Positions 24,944-35,048 of a stretch of DNA of 36,405 bases are shown here, piece by piece. A program made the position numbers and the translations under genes. Numbering within the stretch: position 1 is the first letter of the stretch; every line of letters begins with the position of its first letter. The notes below the pieces were generated by a model, which worked only from the letters and a program-made list of their open reading frames with translations, did not search any database and had not been told where the DNA came from. Origin of the DNA: a virus; UHGV virus genome UHGV-0210252; one strand, written 5' to 3'.

Positions 24944-26959
24944 ATGCACCCATGCCATGTACGCGAAGTCTCCTTCCCAGCCGTGGACATACCCGGCTTC
25001 TTCGAGCATACGCTCTGTCTCGACAATCCAGTGCTTACAGACCACCGCACCATCCCCCTGAAGCAAGGCGTTAAGTGCTGAGTGTGGCGACCGGATGTGA
25101 ATACGGCGACCATCCAGACCTTTCAGCCAGCGACGTTTCCACTTCACGATGTTCTCACCGTCTACCCACTTGGACTCGGAGATGAGAGTGTTTTGCACAG
25201 CTTCCCTGAGGTCCTTGATGGCTGGTGTACCCTCAATGAATTTCTTCATTAGGGCCGCACCTTCCTTCTTGCCACCGCCAACTATCAGTCCAATCTTAGC
25301 GGCCCCTGCACCATACAGGAACGCATAGATGAACGTCTTAGCGTTATTACGGAAAGCATCGTGGTCGTGGCTAGACTTGTCGCGTGGGACGTTAGGTGCT
25401 AACCCAGCGTTGACTGCGTTGGCCCAGTGGATGTCACCTTCGACCACAGTCTTCGCATAGTCGCCACCATCAAACGGAGCCGCTCGGTTCCCCAGACAAC
25501 GAAGCTCAAGACCTGAAGCATCCACACCTACTTGAATCCAAGGGTCTGGCTTACCGTCCTTCTTGTTCCACGCTGCACCGAAAGCACCACGGCAAGTCTC
25601 ACCATATGGAGCACCGTTAGCCGGGACCTGAGCCATGTTTGGTGAACTATGAGTTGCACGTCCGGTTACTGCACCGCATGGGTTGATTGAACCGTGCATA
25701 CGTCCGTCTGGGCCTACAAGTTTCAACCATGCGTTCTTACCTTCAGCCGCCTGACCGATGCGCTTCTGGACGACCAGATACTCACGGACCAGCTCTACGC
25801 AAGCCTGAGCCTCTGCGTCTGGTAACTTAACGTGCTCTAACGTCTCGTCATCGACTACAGGTTTCCCGGTGTCAGTGAAGTCCACAGGCTCCCAGCCACG
25901 CTCAATCACGACTTTCGCTAAGTGGTCTCCGCTCCCAGGATTAAACTCAACGTAAGTGATAGGTGTGAACGGTGCTCCCTCCCCCGTGTCTCGTGAGTCG
26001 AACTCGCAAGGCTCCAGACCTAAGCGTTGAGCTTTGTTCTTCGGCTTCTTGAATACCGACCCGACCTTAGGATACACGACTCGTGGATACTTCGGAAGGT
26101 CCTTGCCTGTCCGTGGATGCCTGAAGAACTCCTTGCCACCCTTCGGTGCATACCAGCTACCGAAAGTCGAACGCAGCTTGTCCAGCAGCTCTGCACGTTT
26201 GACGGTGAGTTCACGATATAAGCCTTCGACCATCTCGGTGTTCATCGGATAGCCGTTACGTTCCATCTTCGCACAGGTCCACGCAGCATCATGTTCCAGA
26301 CGCAACGCATAAATCTGGTCGAAAGCGAACTGTTCAGACTGGAAGTAATACTTGTCAGTCAGGAACTTCTTGAACAACGCCAGTGTGACCACAACGTCTT
26401 GAACGTTATAGTCCAGCATCTCCTGAGACGGGAACAACCATTCGTCCCCAGCCTTATATTCGATACCTTCGGCCTTGCATTTGGTAACGTAATCGTGTTT
26501 GTACTCACCTTTCATTTCACCGAGACGATAGCCCCAAGCCTCAAGAGACTGACGGCCCATCATCTGAGGTGGCAGACGTCCAGCTTTAACCGCGCCCATG
26601 TCTGAGAACTTAATGTTTGGATACATCAAGCGCCCCAGCACCAAGGTATCAATCATCTTGTGTTTCGGGAAGTTAAAGCGTTTCCCAAAGTACAAACGCT
26701 TCAGCTTGTCTATAGCCGGGACGTCATAGTTGATACCGTTATGGAAGACCAGCATACCCGTAGGCGTTGCGGCAATTTCTTCCACCTTCTGTACATACTC
26801 TTTGAAGCCACCGACGATACCGACCATCGGCGCTACCCCATACTTAAGGGTCTCATTCGACTCGGCATTAATCAGGACCCCACAATGGAACTGGGACACG
26901 GTGTCAAGGAGACCGTTTGTCTCGATGTCCGAACCCCAAATATCCTTAAGGTCAAACAT
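24944..26959 (-). CDS. DNA polymerase (T7 gp5) 5' exon
   Basis: 672-aa ORF with strong T7 gp5 similarity (FHCGV, HNG.NYDVPA, VQDVVVT, GSWYAPKGG, INPCGAVTGRATH, DASGLELRC, AKTFIYAFLYGAG, FAYMAWVH); last codon of the track ORF (TAA 24941-24943) assigned to the intron. Confidence 0.95.
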
Positions 26960-26979
26960 GGTTAATCCTCCGCTTTAGT

Positions 26980-27023
26980 CTAATCATAAAGGCCACTCGA
27001 TGTGAATGACCTTGAGTCTAGAC

Positions 27024-27024
<1 letters not shown>
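26980..27024 (-). promoter_or_regulatory. RNase III-type processing hairpin (R4.7-like)
   Basis: Second copy of ATAAAGGCCAC...ATGACCTTGAGTCTA, immediately upstream of gene 5. Confidence 0.55.
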
Positions 27025-28903
<1,879 letters not shown>

Positions 28904-28910
28904 TCACTCC

Positions 28911-29006
28911 TTATCCAAGCCTACCAGTTAGGTAGCCGATAATGCCTAAAGTTAGAATACTGATTCCTGACACAAGCACGAGTCCGTGCCACACAGTTAA
29001 CTCCAT
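28911..29006 (-). CDS. Small hydrophobic peptide (31 aa), hand-translated
   Basis: AAGGAG 8 nt upstream of ATG (29006); MELTVWHGLVLVSGISILTLGIIGYLTGRLG, a single predicted TM helix; stop TAA 28911-28913 just upstream of gene 4. Confidence 0.4.
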   Translation of the reverse strand: MELTVWHGLVLVSGISILTLGIIGYLTGRLG

Positions 29007-29055
29007 AGGTCACTCCTTAATCACAAATGCGAACAAAGGGACAGGACTCACGGTC

Positions 29056-29078
29056 CCATCCCTAAGGTGATAGTTTAG
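29056..29078 (-). promoter_or_regulatory. Variant phage RNAP promoter (phi3.8 position), TSS about 29061
   Basis: cctaaggtgatagtt at 29061-29075: two changes in the -3/-2 region (CACCTTAGG versus CACTATAGG); may be weak or non-functional. Confidence 0.5.
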
Positions 29079-29290
29079 GCTTTGAAGAACTGAGCCAGCT
29101 GGTCAGCTTTGGTATCAGCCTGACGAGCCTTCATGCCAGCTTCCAGTGACGCGATGGTAAGCTTGTCAGCCAGAGCAGCAGCATCAGCCGCACCGTCAGC
29201 AGTCTTCTTTTCTACCTTTCGTTCCAGTACCGCAGCACGACGATAACCACGCACAACCAGACGACCAAGAAATTCGATAAGTTTAATCAT
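29075..29290 (-). CDS. Small coiled-coil hypothetical protein (71 aa)
   Basis: MIKLIEFLGRLVVRGYRR...QLAQFFKA; resembles by pattern a small T7-group protein family, ortholog unresolved. Confidence 0.5.
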   Translation of the reverse strand: MIKLIEFLGRLVVRGYRRAAVLERKVEKKTADGAADAAALADKLTIASLEAGMKARQADTKADQLAQFFKA

Positions 29291-29314
29291 TGAGTTGTTC
29301 TCCTTTATAGTTTA

Positions 29315-29773
29315 TCAACCGTGGTCTGAAGTGACCAGTTCATTGGTAGACAGCCAGCGTTGCAAGTCGAAACTTGGGCACGCCTTCGGTGCTACGTCAT
29401 GGTGTGCTTTGATTTCTGCCTGAGGATACAGGGCCTTCAGGTCAGCAAGCTTGTTGCGTAGGGAGTTCATCTGGGCCGGAGTGAAGTTAGCTTCAAACTT
29501 GCCCTTAGCGTCAATTCCACCTACAAGGCAGACGCCTACAGAACGTGAGTTCCAGTCCTTAACATGTGACCCTACGACATTGACCGGTCGACCCTCTTCC
29601 ACAGTGCCATCACGCTTGATGATAAAGTGGTAGCCTACGTCCAGCCAGCCCTGCTGCTTGTGCCACATACGGATGGTCTCTACCCCGATGTCCATCTCTG
29701 GCTTGGTAGCCGAACAGTGAACGAAGATAGCGTCAGTCCTGGACCGTGGGTTGAACTGTACCTTACTTACCAT
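29315..29773 (-). CDS. Lysozyme / N-acetylmuramoyl-L-alanine amidase (T7 gp3.5)
   Basis: 152 aa; TDAIFVHCSATKP, WLDVGYHFIIKRDGTVE, GVCLVGGID, APKACPSFDL closely match T7 gp3.5. Confidence 0.92.
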   Translation of the reverse strand: MVSKVQFNPRSRTDAIFVHCSATKPEMDIGVETIRMWHKQQGWLDVGYHFIIKRDGTVEEGRPVNVVGSHVKDWNSRSVGVCLVGGIDAKGKFEANFTPAQMNSLRNKLADLKALYPQAEIKAHHDVAPKACPSFDLQRWLSTNELVTSDHG

Positions 29774-30257
29774 TGTACACCACCAGTTCTACTACCACCA
29801 GATTCAGGTGCTGGGTGAAGCGTTGTGCGTCCGTGGTGTGCATCTGGAGACGCTTATGGTTGAAGACGTGTGAGTTGCTAATCTTCACGTAAACTTCTTC
29901 AGGCTTTCCATGGACGATGAACGTCTGGCCTACACCAATCTTGTCGATTGTCAGGACTTCACGCTTCACAGTCACAGGAGGTACGCTCGAAGCTGGCAGG
30001 ACTTGAGTGGTCTGTACACCAGTGAGTTCCTCTTCTGGCTTGATTTCCTGAAGTTTGCAATTAAGTACCCATGCTCCCCACATACCATCAGGCTGAGTAT
30101 TGTAGCCGTTAGACCCATGTTTGTATGTCCCTGGAGTCTGGCACTCAACTAGGGTCATTCTTGAATCTGGTACGGGGTCCTTCTCACACTTGGTAACTAT
30201 AGTCCCACTAGGCCAGCCATACGCATCTACTAACAGTTTAAACTTCTTGCTCATCAC
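29763..30257 (-). CDS. Hypothetical protein (164 aa) inserted between endonuclease I and lysozyme genes
   Basis: Intact ORF in co-orientation overlapping both neighbours by a few nt; no motif recognised; T7 has no gene here. Confidence 0.5.
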   Translation of the reverse strand: MMSKKFKLLVDAYGWPSGTIVTKCEKDPVPDSRMTLVECQTPGTYKHGSNGYNTQPDGMWGAWVLNCKLQEIKPEEELTGVQTTQVLPASSVPPVTVKREVLTIDKIGVGQTFIVHGKPEEVYVKISNSHVFNHKRLQMHTTDAQRFTQHLNLVVVELVVYNGK

Positions 30258-30706
30258 TTAACTCCTTTCTTCTTGGGGATGAGTATTCCTGAAGGCAGAC
30301 GTACAGTCGCCTCTCGCAGCCACTCAACCGGGATGAATTTATCGGCATACTTATAGCCGTTCTTTTCGCACCATGCACCATACGTGGTCGGAGACCCTTT
30401 GTATAACTTGGAGCGGGAACTTGAGAACACGAACCGTATGTCTAACTCTGGGTGCTGTTCTCGTACCAGAAGGTGCTTCTTACGGTCATCACTGTCGAAG
30501 ATACCTTTGGTCTCGACGATGATACCGTTAGGAAGGATAAAGTCTGGTGTATACTTGTGGTCGGAAGCCGGAATCACATAGTTGATATAATGGCTTTCGT
30601 ACTCCGCTTTGACGCCGTTCTGTTCCAGCCACTGCTGGTTCTTAGCTTCAAGTCCAGAGCGGTAGGCACCCACAGAGTGCCCCCGTTTTGCAGACCATTG
30701 GGCCAT
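30254..30706 (-). CDS. Endonuclease I, Holliday-junction resolvase (T7 gp3)
   Basis: 150 aa; YVIPASDHKYTPDFILPNGIIVETKG, DRKKHLLVREQHPELDIRFVFSSS match T7 gp3. Confidence 0.92.
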   Translation of the reverse strand: MAQWSAKRGHSVGAYRSGLEAKNQQWLEQNGVKAEYESHYINYVIPASDHKYTPDFILPNGIIVETKGIFDSDDRKKHLLVREQHPELDIRFVFSSSRSKLYKGSPTTYGAWCEKNGYKYADKFIPVEWLREATVRLPSGILIPKKKGVK

Positions 30707-31404
30707 TAGAAGTCGTAATCGCCACCAGAGCCGGAGTAGTCACCACCTTCGGAACCATCGTCACCGAAGTCATCAGACCCGAAGTCACCATCAGTTGACG
30801 CTTTGTAACCAGTACCGAGGTCTTCATCATCACCCCAGCCACCATCGCCACCAGCACCATCGCCTTTCCACTCCTTCAGTTCTACCAGAAGGCAGGACTC
30901 AAGCTGGAGCTTAACGCTTGCACCAGTCGCGGCGTTCCACTTGAACGGCAGGACTTTAAACTTGACCTTCAGCTTAGACCCAGCGCCAATATTCGGGACG
31001 TCACGGATGAGTTTAGCATCGGTGTCGTAGAACCGTAATACGATAGGCTCGGACTTGCCGTCTTTAAGGTAAGACGCAAAGCATTTGAACTTCAGGGTAA
31101 CAGTACCATCACCATTCTCAATCCACGGCATATCGCCTTCACGCGGCTCGATAGGCTTCTTGCCACGCTGAACCTGAGGTGGGTTCTTCTCGTGGTCTGC
31201 GAGTGCTTTCGCATACGCATCGTCGTGAATCTTCTGTAAGACATCAATCATCTTACGGACCTTCGGGTTGCTCAGGTCGAATGTCAGGTTGACTTTGTGT
31301 TCACCACGCTCGTTGAACTTGGTGTCTGCTTTGTTCAGCCATGCGTAAGGCTCAACGATACCAGCTACCGGAGTGGTGAAAGTCTTCAGTTGCTCTTTAG
31401 CCAT
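30706..31404 (-). CDS. Single-stranded DNA-binding protein (T7 gp2.5)
   Basis: 232 aa; GSKLKVKFKVLPFKWNAATGASVKLQLESCLLVEL and acidic C-terminal tail ending in F, as T7 gp2.5. Confidence 0.92.
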   Translation of the reverse strand: MAKEQLKTFTTPVAGIVEPYAWLNKADTKFNERGEHKVNLTFDLSNPKVRKMIDVLQKIHDDAYAKALADHEKNPPQVQRGKKPIEPREGDMPWIENGDGTVTLKFKCFASYLKDGKSEPIVLRFYDTDAKLIRDVPNIGAGSKLKVKFKVLPFKWNAATGASVKLQLESCLLVELKEWKGDGAGGDGGWGDDEDLGTGYKASTDGDFGSDDFGDDGSEGGDYSGSGGDYDF

Positions 31405-31442
31405 CGGTGTAAATCTCCTAATTTAAAGTTACGAACTGGACG

Positions 31443-31465
31443 TCTGTCCTACAGTGATAGTTTAG
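31443..31465 (-). promoter_or_regulatory. Variant phage RNAP promoter (phi2.5 position), TSS about 31448
   Basis: cctacagtgatagtt at 31448-31462 (one change at -2). Confidence 0.6.
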
Positions 31466-31623
31466 GTCTCAGGACGAATCCGTCCTACCACAAACCCAGC
31501 GTCCTCATACTCTTGGGACTTAAGGGTAGCCTCTTCAAGAGACTTTGCGTACACCGGAACCTCGAAGGACTGAACGCGACCCTCAAGCTCCACGATGTAC
31601 TTCTTCTTCTCAACCTCAGTCAT
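31462..31623 (-). CDS. Host RNA polymerase inhibitor (T7 gp2), 53 aa, hand-translated
   Basis: [53 protein letters not shown]; SFEVP.YA..L.EA and AGF.V.R.RP match T7 Gp2. Confidence 0.75.
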   Translation of the reverse strand: MTEVEKKKYIVELEGRVQSFEVPVYAKSLEEATLKSQEYEDAGFVVGRIRPET

Positions 31624-31739
31624 AAAATCTCCTTGTCGAGAATCTCTTCCAGCTTAACAAGTTCCTCTTCGGATAAATCAGTGAAGTCCACGAACTCCTT
31701 AATAAGCTGACACACAAAGTTAATCTGGTCTTGGTTCAT
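31620..31739 (-). CDS. gp1.8-position small acidic protein (39 aa), hand-translated
   Basis: [39 protein letters not shown]; stop overlaps gp2 ATG (ATGA). Confidence 0.4.
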   Translation of the reverse strand: MNQDQINFVCQLIKEFVDFTDLSEEELVKLEEILDKEIL

Positions 31740-31817
31740 AAACCGCGCTCCTTCCATTGGTTGTATAACGTAATGTAGTCCGGATTGAGAGTCTTCTCAT
31801 ACATCTCCCGGCACCAC

Positions 31818-32261
31818 TCACTCGGTAGCATAACACTTACCTTTATGCAGGTTGAACAGCTCCTGATAGAAGGCTGCTTTGTTCAGGTCCTTCTCCATAG
31901 TAGCCAGCTCTGACTTCTTACCAGCCCGGAGTCGATACTTCAGGACGTTACCCATGCAGAAACCACGGAACTCGCTGACAGTCATGGACCGAGCGATAAT
32001 CTCAATGGACTCCACACCGTCAAAGACCTGATAGTGGGACGGTTTACGGACGCTGTCTTCCTGACCTATTGTTGTCTGCTCGGTCTGCTCCTGATTGGTG
32101 ATTTCTAAGGCACTAGAGGAGTGAATGACTGGTTCAGATAAACAGGGCCACTTAACCACAACTATGTGCCCCATTCTAACCATAATCACCTTGCCACAGG
32201 AGAGTCCCATGTAGGCTGTAACTGGTCCAACATATTTAACTGTATCCCCAACCTTAACCAT
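31818..32261 (-). CDS. Nucleotide kinase (T7 gp1.7 family), shorter N-terminal region
   Basis: 147 aa; C-terminal half (KPSHYQVFDGVESIEIIARSMTVSEFRGFCMGNVLKYRLRAGKKSELA..DLNKAAFYQELF) matches T7 gp1.7; N-terminal half differs. Confidence 0.75.
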   Translation of the reverse strand: MVKVGDTVKYVGPVTAYMGLSCGKVIMVRMGHIVVVKWPCLSEPVIHSSSALEITNQEQTEQTTIGQEDSVRKPSHYQVFDGVESIEIIARSMTVSEFRGFCMGNVLKYRLRAGKKSELATMEKDLNKAAFYQELFNLHKGKCYATE

Positions 32262-32514
32262 TGACCACCTCCTTCACGTACTCAATGAATAGACGAACGC
32301 GAGGCCACTTAGTGTAGACCACAGGTACGTTGGTCTCACGCTTCTGGCGAGCCTCTTCAGCTTTGCCGGGAGTAATCAAGGCGAATACTGTAGGTGATAA
32401 CTTAACAGCCTTCCCGAAGTAGCCCAGCTTCTCGTTGCGCTTAATGCAAGCGAACGGGTTGTTGGACAGGTGGAAGGTATTTGTATAACGGTTGAACATT
32501 AAGTTCTTAGACAT
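32254..32514 (-). CDS. gp1.6-position protein (86 aa)
   Basis: Synteny and size only; AAGGAGA RBS after the promoter. Confidence 0.5.
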   Translation of the reverse strand: MSKNLMFNRYTNTFHLSNNPFACIKRNEKLGYFGKAVKLSPTVFALITPGKAEEARQKRETNVPVVYTKWPRVRLFIEYVKEVVNG

Positions 32515-32536
32515 AGAGTCTCCTTGGTTGTTTGTT

Positions 32537-32559
32537 GTAGTCCTATAGTGATAGCTTAG
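32537..32559 (-). promoter_or_regulatory. Phage RNAP promoter (phi1.5/1.6 position), TSS about 32542
   Basis: cctatagtgatagct at 32542-32556 (one change at about -13). Confidence 0.7.
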
Positions 32560-32595
32560 GGTCCAGCTGGTGTCCCAGACGATAGCTTGCTAGCA

Positions 32596-32632
32596 CAAAG
32601 CAAAGAAACCCAGCAGTCCGAAGACCACTGGG
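32596..32632 (-). terminator. TE-like intrinsic terminator after the DNA ligase gene
   Basis: Minus strand CCCAGUGGUC-UUCG-GACUGCUGGG (10-bp stem with two G.U, UUCG loop) followed by UUUCUUUGCUUUG; T7 has its early terminator after gene 1.3. Confidence 0.65.
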
Positions 32633-32643
32633 TTGACATTTAA

Positions 32644-33732
32644 TTAGCTCTTAATGGTCGGGTTATCTTCCGTCCCGCGCCAGCACTTGAAGCTAGGGTG
32701 ACGTAAGGAACCATCTGGTGTCATCTCCATGTAGGAGACCTCACACTGCCAGCCCTCGTATGGATTGACACCGCCAAGGATATATGTGTCGGTGTTACAT
32801 GCTTCCGTGAACTCATCCATCATAGCCTGAGAGATATTGTTAGCAGCAACTACCATACCGTTCTCAAGCAGTACGTCGAACCCAATCACCTTACCTTCGT
32901 TAGCGAGACCTTCAGTCCCCCAATTCAGTCCAACCACAGTACCATCAATGGTATCCTCAGGCTTCATTTTCCACATGCCTGACTTCTTACCACGCTTCCA
33001 CTTACCCAGCGGGTCCTTGACTACCAGACCCTCGTGTCCTTCCAGACGCTTCTCTTCGTACAGGGAGTTGAGCGACTCAAGGTCATAGACCGTGTGTGAC
33101 TCAGACAGAACCCAGTCAATTTCCGGGAAGTATTTCTTGAGGAGAGGGACGATAGCTTCGGCCTTCAGGCGGGTTACGCTATGGATAGGACCTTCGGCTT
33201 TCGGGTCGAGGATGACGTTAAGGTCGATGACCCCGTAGACGACTACCTGAATGTGTTCAGCAGCCAGCAGGAACGGTAGCTTTGACTTAGCGCCTGTTGA
33301 CTTGCGGGGCATCTCGTCAAACTTAACGTCATTGAACTTGAGGTTATCAGGCTTCAACCACTTCGTTCGTATGAGACCTGAAGACGTGTTGAAGTCTACA
33401 CCCTTGACCATGATCTCACCATCAATCATCAGGCCAGTGCCTTCGTAGCCAGCTTGCTTCAGGAACCAGAGCCAGTCAGACGCATTGGAGAGTCGAGGGT
33501 CTGCTACCTTATAGTCTCCTGCTGAGGTTGACAACCAGCTCAACGCTGGAAGCTCCTTGGACTCGCGGCTTAACCATTGAGTCTCACCAGTAGGAAAGAC
33601 CGGAAGATTCAACCGGACACCGTCATACTTCACCTCAGCTTCCAGTGACCCAGCAGCTTCCAGTGCTTTCTTAACGCCTGACTCAGAGTAATCTACAGCG
33701 CGATGCGGGTTAGTTTTGATAGTCGTAGTCAT
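32644..33732 (-). CDS. ATP-dependent DNA ligase (T7 gp1.3)
   Basis: Start set at MTTTIKTNPHRAV (T7 MMNIKTNPFKAV); EVKYDGVR adenylation motif, GHEGLVVKDP, WKMKPE, PDGSLRHPSF; track's upstream Met at 33810 rejected. Confidence 0.9.
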   Translation of the reverse strand: MTTTIKTNPHRAVDYSESGVKKALEAAGSLEAEVKYDGVRLNLPVFPTGETQWLSRESKELPALSWLSTSAGDYKVADPRLSNASDWLWFLKQAGYEGTGLMIDGEIMVKGVDFNTSSGLIRTKWLKPDNLKFNDVKFDEMPRKSTGAKSKLPFLLAAEHIQVVVYGVIDLNVILDPKAEGPIHSVTRLKAEAIVPLLKKYFPEIDWVLSESHTVYDLESLNSLYEEKRLEGHEGLVVKDPLGKWKRGKKSGMWKMKPEDTIDGTVVGLNWGTEGLANEGKVIGFDVLLENGMVVAANNISQAMMDEFTEACNTDTYILGGVNPYEGWQCEVSYMEMTPDGSLRHPSFKCWRGTEDNPTIKS

Positions 33733-33736
33733 TGTG

Positions 33737-33994
33737 TTATCTCCATGTGTCGAGTTGGTTAGCGAGACAGTTAAGGAAGCCTGTTGCAGTGTTGTACAGT
33801 ACGTCTTCATCGCGGTGTGCGAAGGTCTTAAGTGCGAAGATGTTACCTGCTAGGTCCTCGACTTGAAGTCTCATGCACTCTTTCTGAAGATGCGCCTCGT
33901 ACCAATGCTGCTGTATCACGCAGAAGTCTAACTGATAAAGCCTGTTACACGCTGCTTTGAAAGCGTTGAGGCTTCCACTATAAAGTCGGCCCAT
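33737..33994 (-). CDS. gp1.2 (host dGTPase inhibitor family)
   Basis: 85 aa; MGRLYSGSLNAFKAACNRLYQLD...HRDEDVLYN closely matches T7 gp1.2. Confidence 0.85.
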   Translation of the reverse strand: MGRLYSGSLNAFKAACNRLYQLDFCVIQQHWYEAHLQKECMRLQVEDLAGNIFALKTFAHRDEDVLYNTATGFLNCLANQLDTWR

Positions 33995-33998
33995 AGCG

Positions 33999-34178
33999 TT
34001 ATGCTCCTACGAAGTATTTCTCTTGGTTGACCATAGAGTCTTTACCTTCAGCATTACGGAAAGCGCCTTTGATGCCACCGCCACGTTTAGTCTTGTTCAG
34101 CTTGCGGCCCTTCGGAATGTAACCTTCAGTCTGCTGACGTTCACGGATGCGCTCGAAGTTGATAGTGTTCTGATACAT
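33999..34178 (-). CDS. gp1.1-like small basic protein (59 aa), hand-translated
   Basis: MYQNTINFERIRERQQTEGYIPKGRKLNKTKRGGGIKGAFRNAEGKDSMVNQEKYFVGA; KGRKLNKTKR matches T7 gp1.1; GGAGA RBS. Confidence 0.6.
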   Translation of the reverse strand: MYQNTINFERIRERQQTEGYIPKGRKLNKTKRGGGIKGAFRNAEGKDSMVNQEKYFVGA

Positions 34179-34214
34179 ACTGTTAAATCTCCAGTAGTTT
34201 ACGTTAGTAGTAAG

Positions 34215-34260
34215 GGTTAATCATGAAGGCCACGACTTTGAGTCATGACCTTGAGTCTAA
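34215..34260 (-). promoter_or_regulatory. RNase III-type processing hairpin (R1.1-like)
   Basis: Third copy of ATGAAGGCCAC...ATGACCTTGAGTCTA, immediately downstream of the phi1.1-like TSS. Confidence 0.55.
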
Positions 34261-34279
34261 TCCTATAGTGATAGTTTAG
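34257..34279 (-). promoter_or_regulatory. Phage RNAP promoter (phi1.1-like), TSS about 34262
   Basis: cctatagtgatagtt at 34262-34276. Confidence 0.8.
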
Positions 34280-34742
34280 GGTATAATCGTTGGCTGTTGC
34301 GTAAGGCTTGTACTATACGTTCCTGCTCTGCCTCCTCGCCGTAGACCTTAACCCGCTCGTAGTCGTACTGGATGCGACCGTCGATGTCGCTCAGTCGGTA
34401 CTCAAAGTCTTTCTGAGACCCGTCTACGTGGTGCTGGTGGATGGTAAGGGTGCGTTCAGTCTTCGATGTGGTGAAATGCTTAACGTTCTTCCCACAGCTA
34501 CCCGGCCCGGTCTTGAACTCAGTCGGTTGGTACAGACCGTTGAACAGTGCCTTGAACTTGATGCCTACCATACGCTTGACATGTACAGCCAGTGGTGGCG
34601 TTAGGCGCTTACGCTCTGATTCAGCAAGTTTAACCTTCAGTCTCTCGTTGTCTTTATCCAGGACCATTACTACTCGCTCAAAGTATGCCACCTTCATGTT
34701 CAACTCTTTGATTTGTGCTTTAAGTTTTGACTTACCAAACAT
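34263..34742 (-). CDS. Hypothetical protein (159 aa) between gene 1 and gene 1.1
   Basis: ATG with GAGG RBS; N-terminal coiled-coil-like region; no motif recognised. Confidence 0.55.
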   Translation of the reverse strand: MFGKSKLKAQIKELNMKVAYFERVVMVLDKDNERLKVKLAESERKRLTPPLAVHVKRMVGIKFKALFNGLYQPTEFKTGPGSCGKNVKHFTTSKTERTLTIHQHHVDGSQKDFEYRLSDIDGRIQYDYERVKVYGEEAEQERIVQALRNSQRLYPKLSL

Positions 34743-34820
34743 AGGGTTAACCTCTTCTGCGTTGGATTAAAGTGAATACTGCGAGTGCTCCTAGCCACAA
34801 GGCCAGTAACTGTAGGTCTG

Positions 34821-35036
34821 TCATTTGGTCTGCTCCAGCTTGGACACTGCGTCCTTCAGGTACTTCTCGTGGCTGGACTCGACCAGATATACAAGAGTCT
34901 TGAACGGAATGTTGAGCTGCTTGGACATCTTAGTTGGGATGACAGTGGTCTTCACCAGAACCTTACCGTTGTGTTCCGTTACGGTCACGATTTGAGTCCC
35001 ACCATTAACGCCCGTCTGCTTGTGTGCGAATTTCAT
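34821..35036 (-). CDS. Hypothetical protein (71 aa) immediately after gene 1
   Basis: ATG 35036 with GGGGAGAG RBS, 13 nt after the RNAP stop; no motif recognised. Confidence 0.5.
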   Translation of the reverse strand: MKFAHKQTGVNGGTQIVTVTEHNGKVLVKTTVIPTKMSKQLNIPFKTLVYLVESSHEKYLKDAVSKLEQTK

Positions 35037-35048
35037 AACTCTCCCCTG

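Noticed and set aside
31740-31818. 22-aa ORF ([22 protein letters not shown]) between genes 1.7 and 1.8
   Set aside because: ATG has no spacer after the SD-like GGGAG and the frame is open upstream into gene 1.7, so the start cannot be defined; too short to support without expression data.
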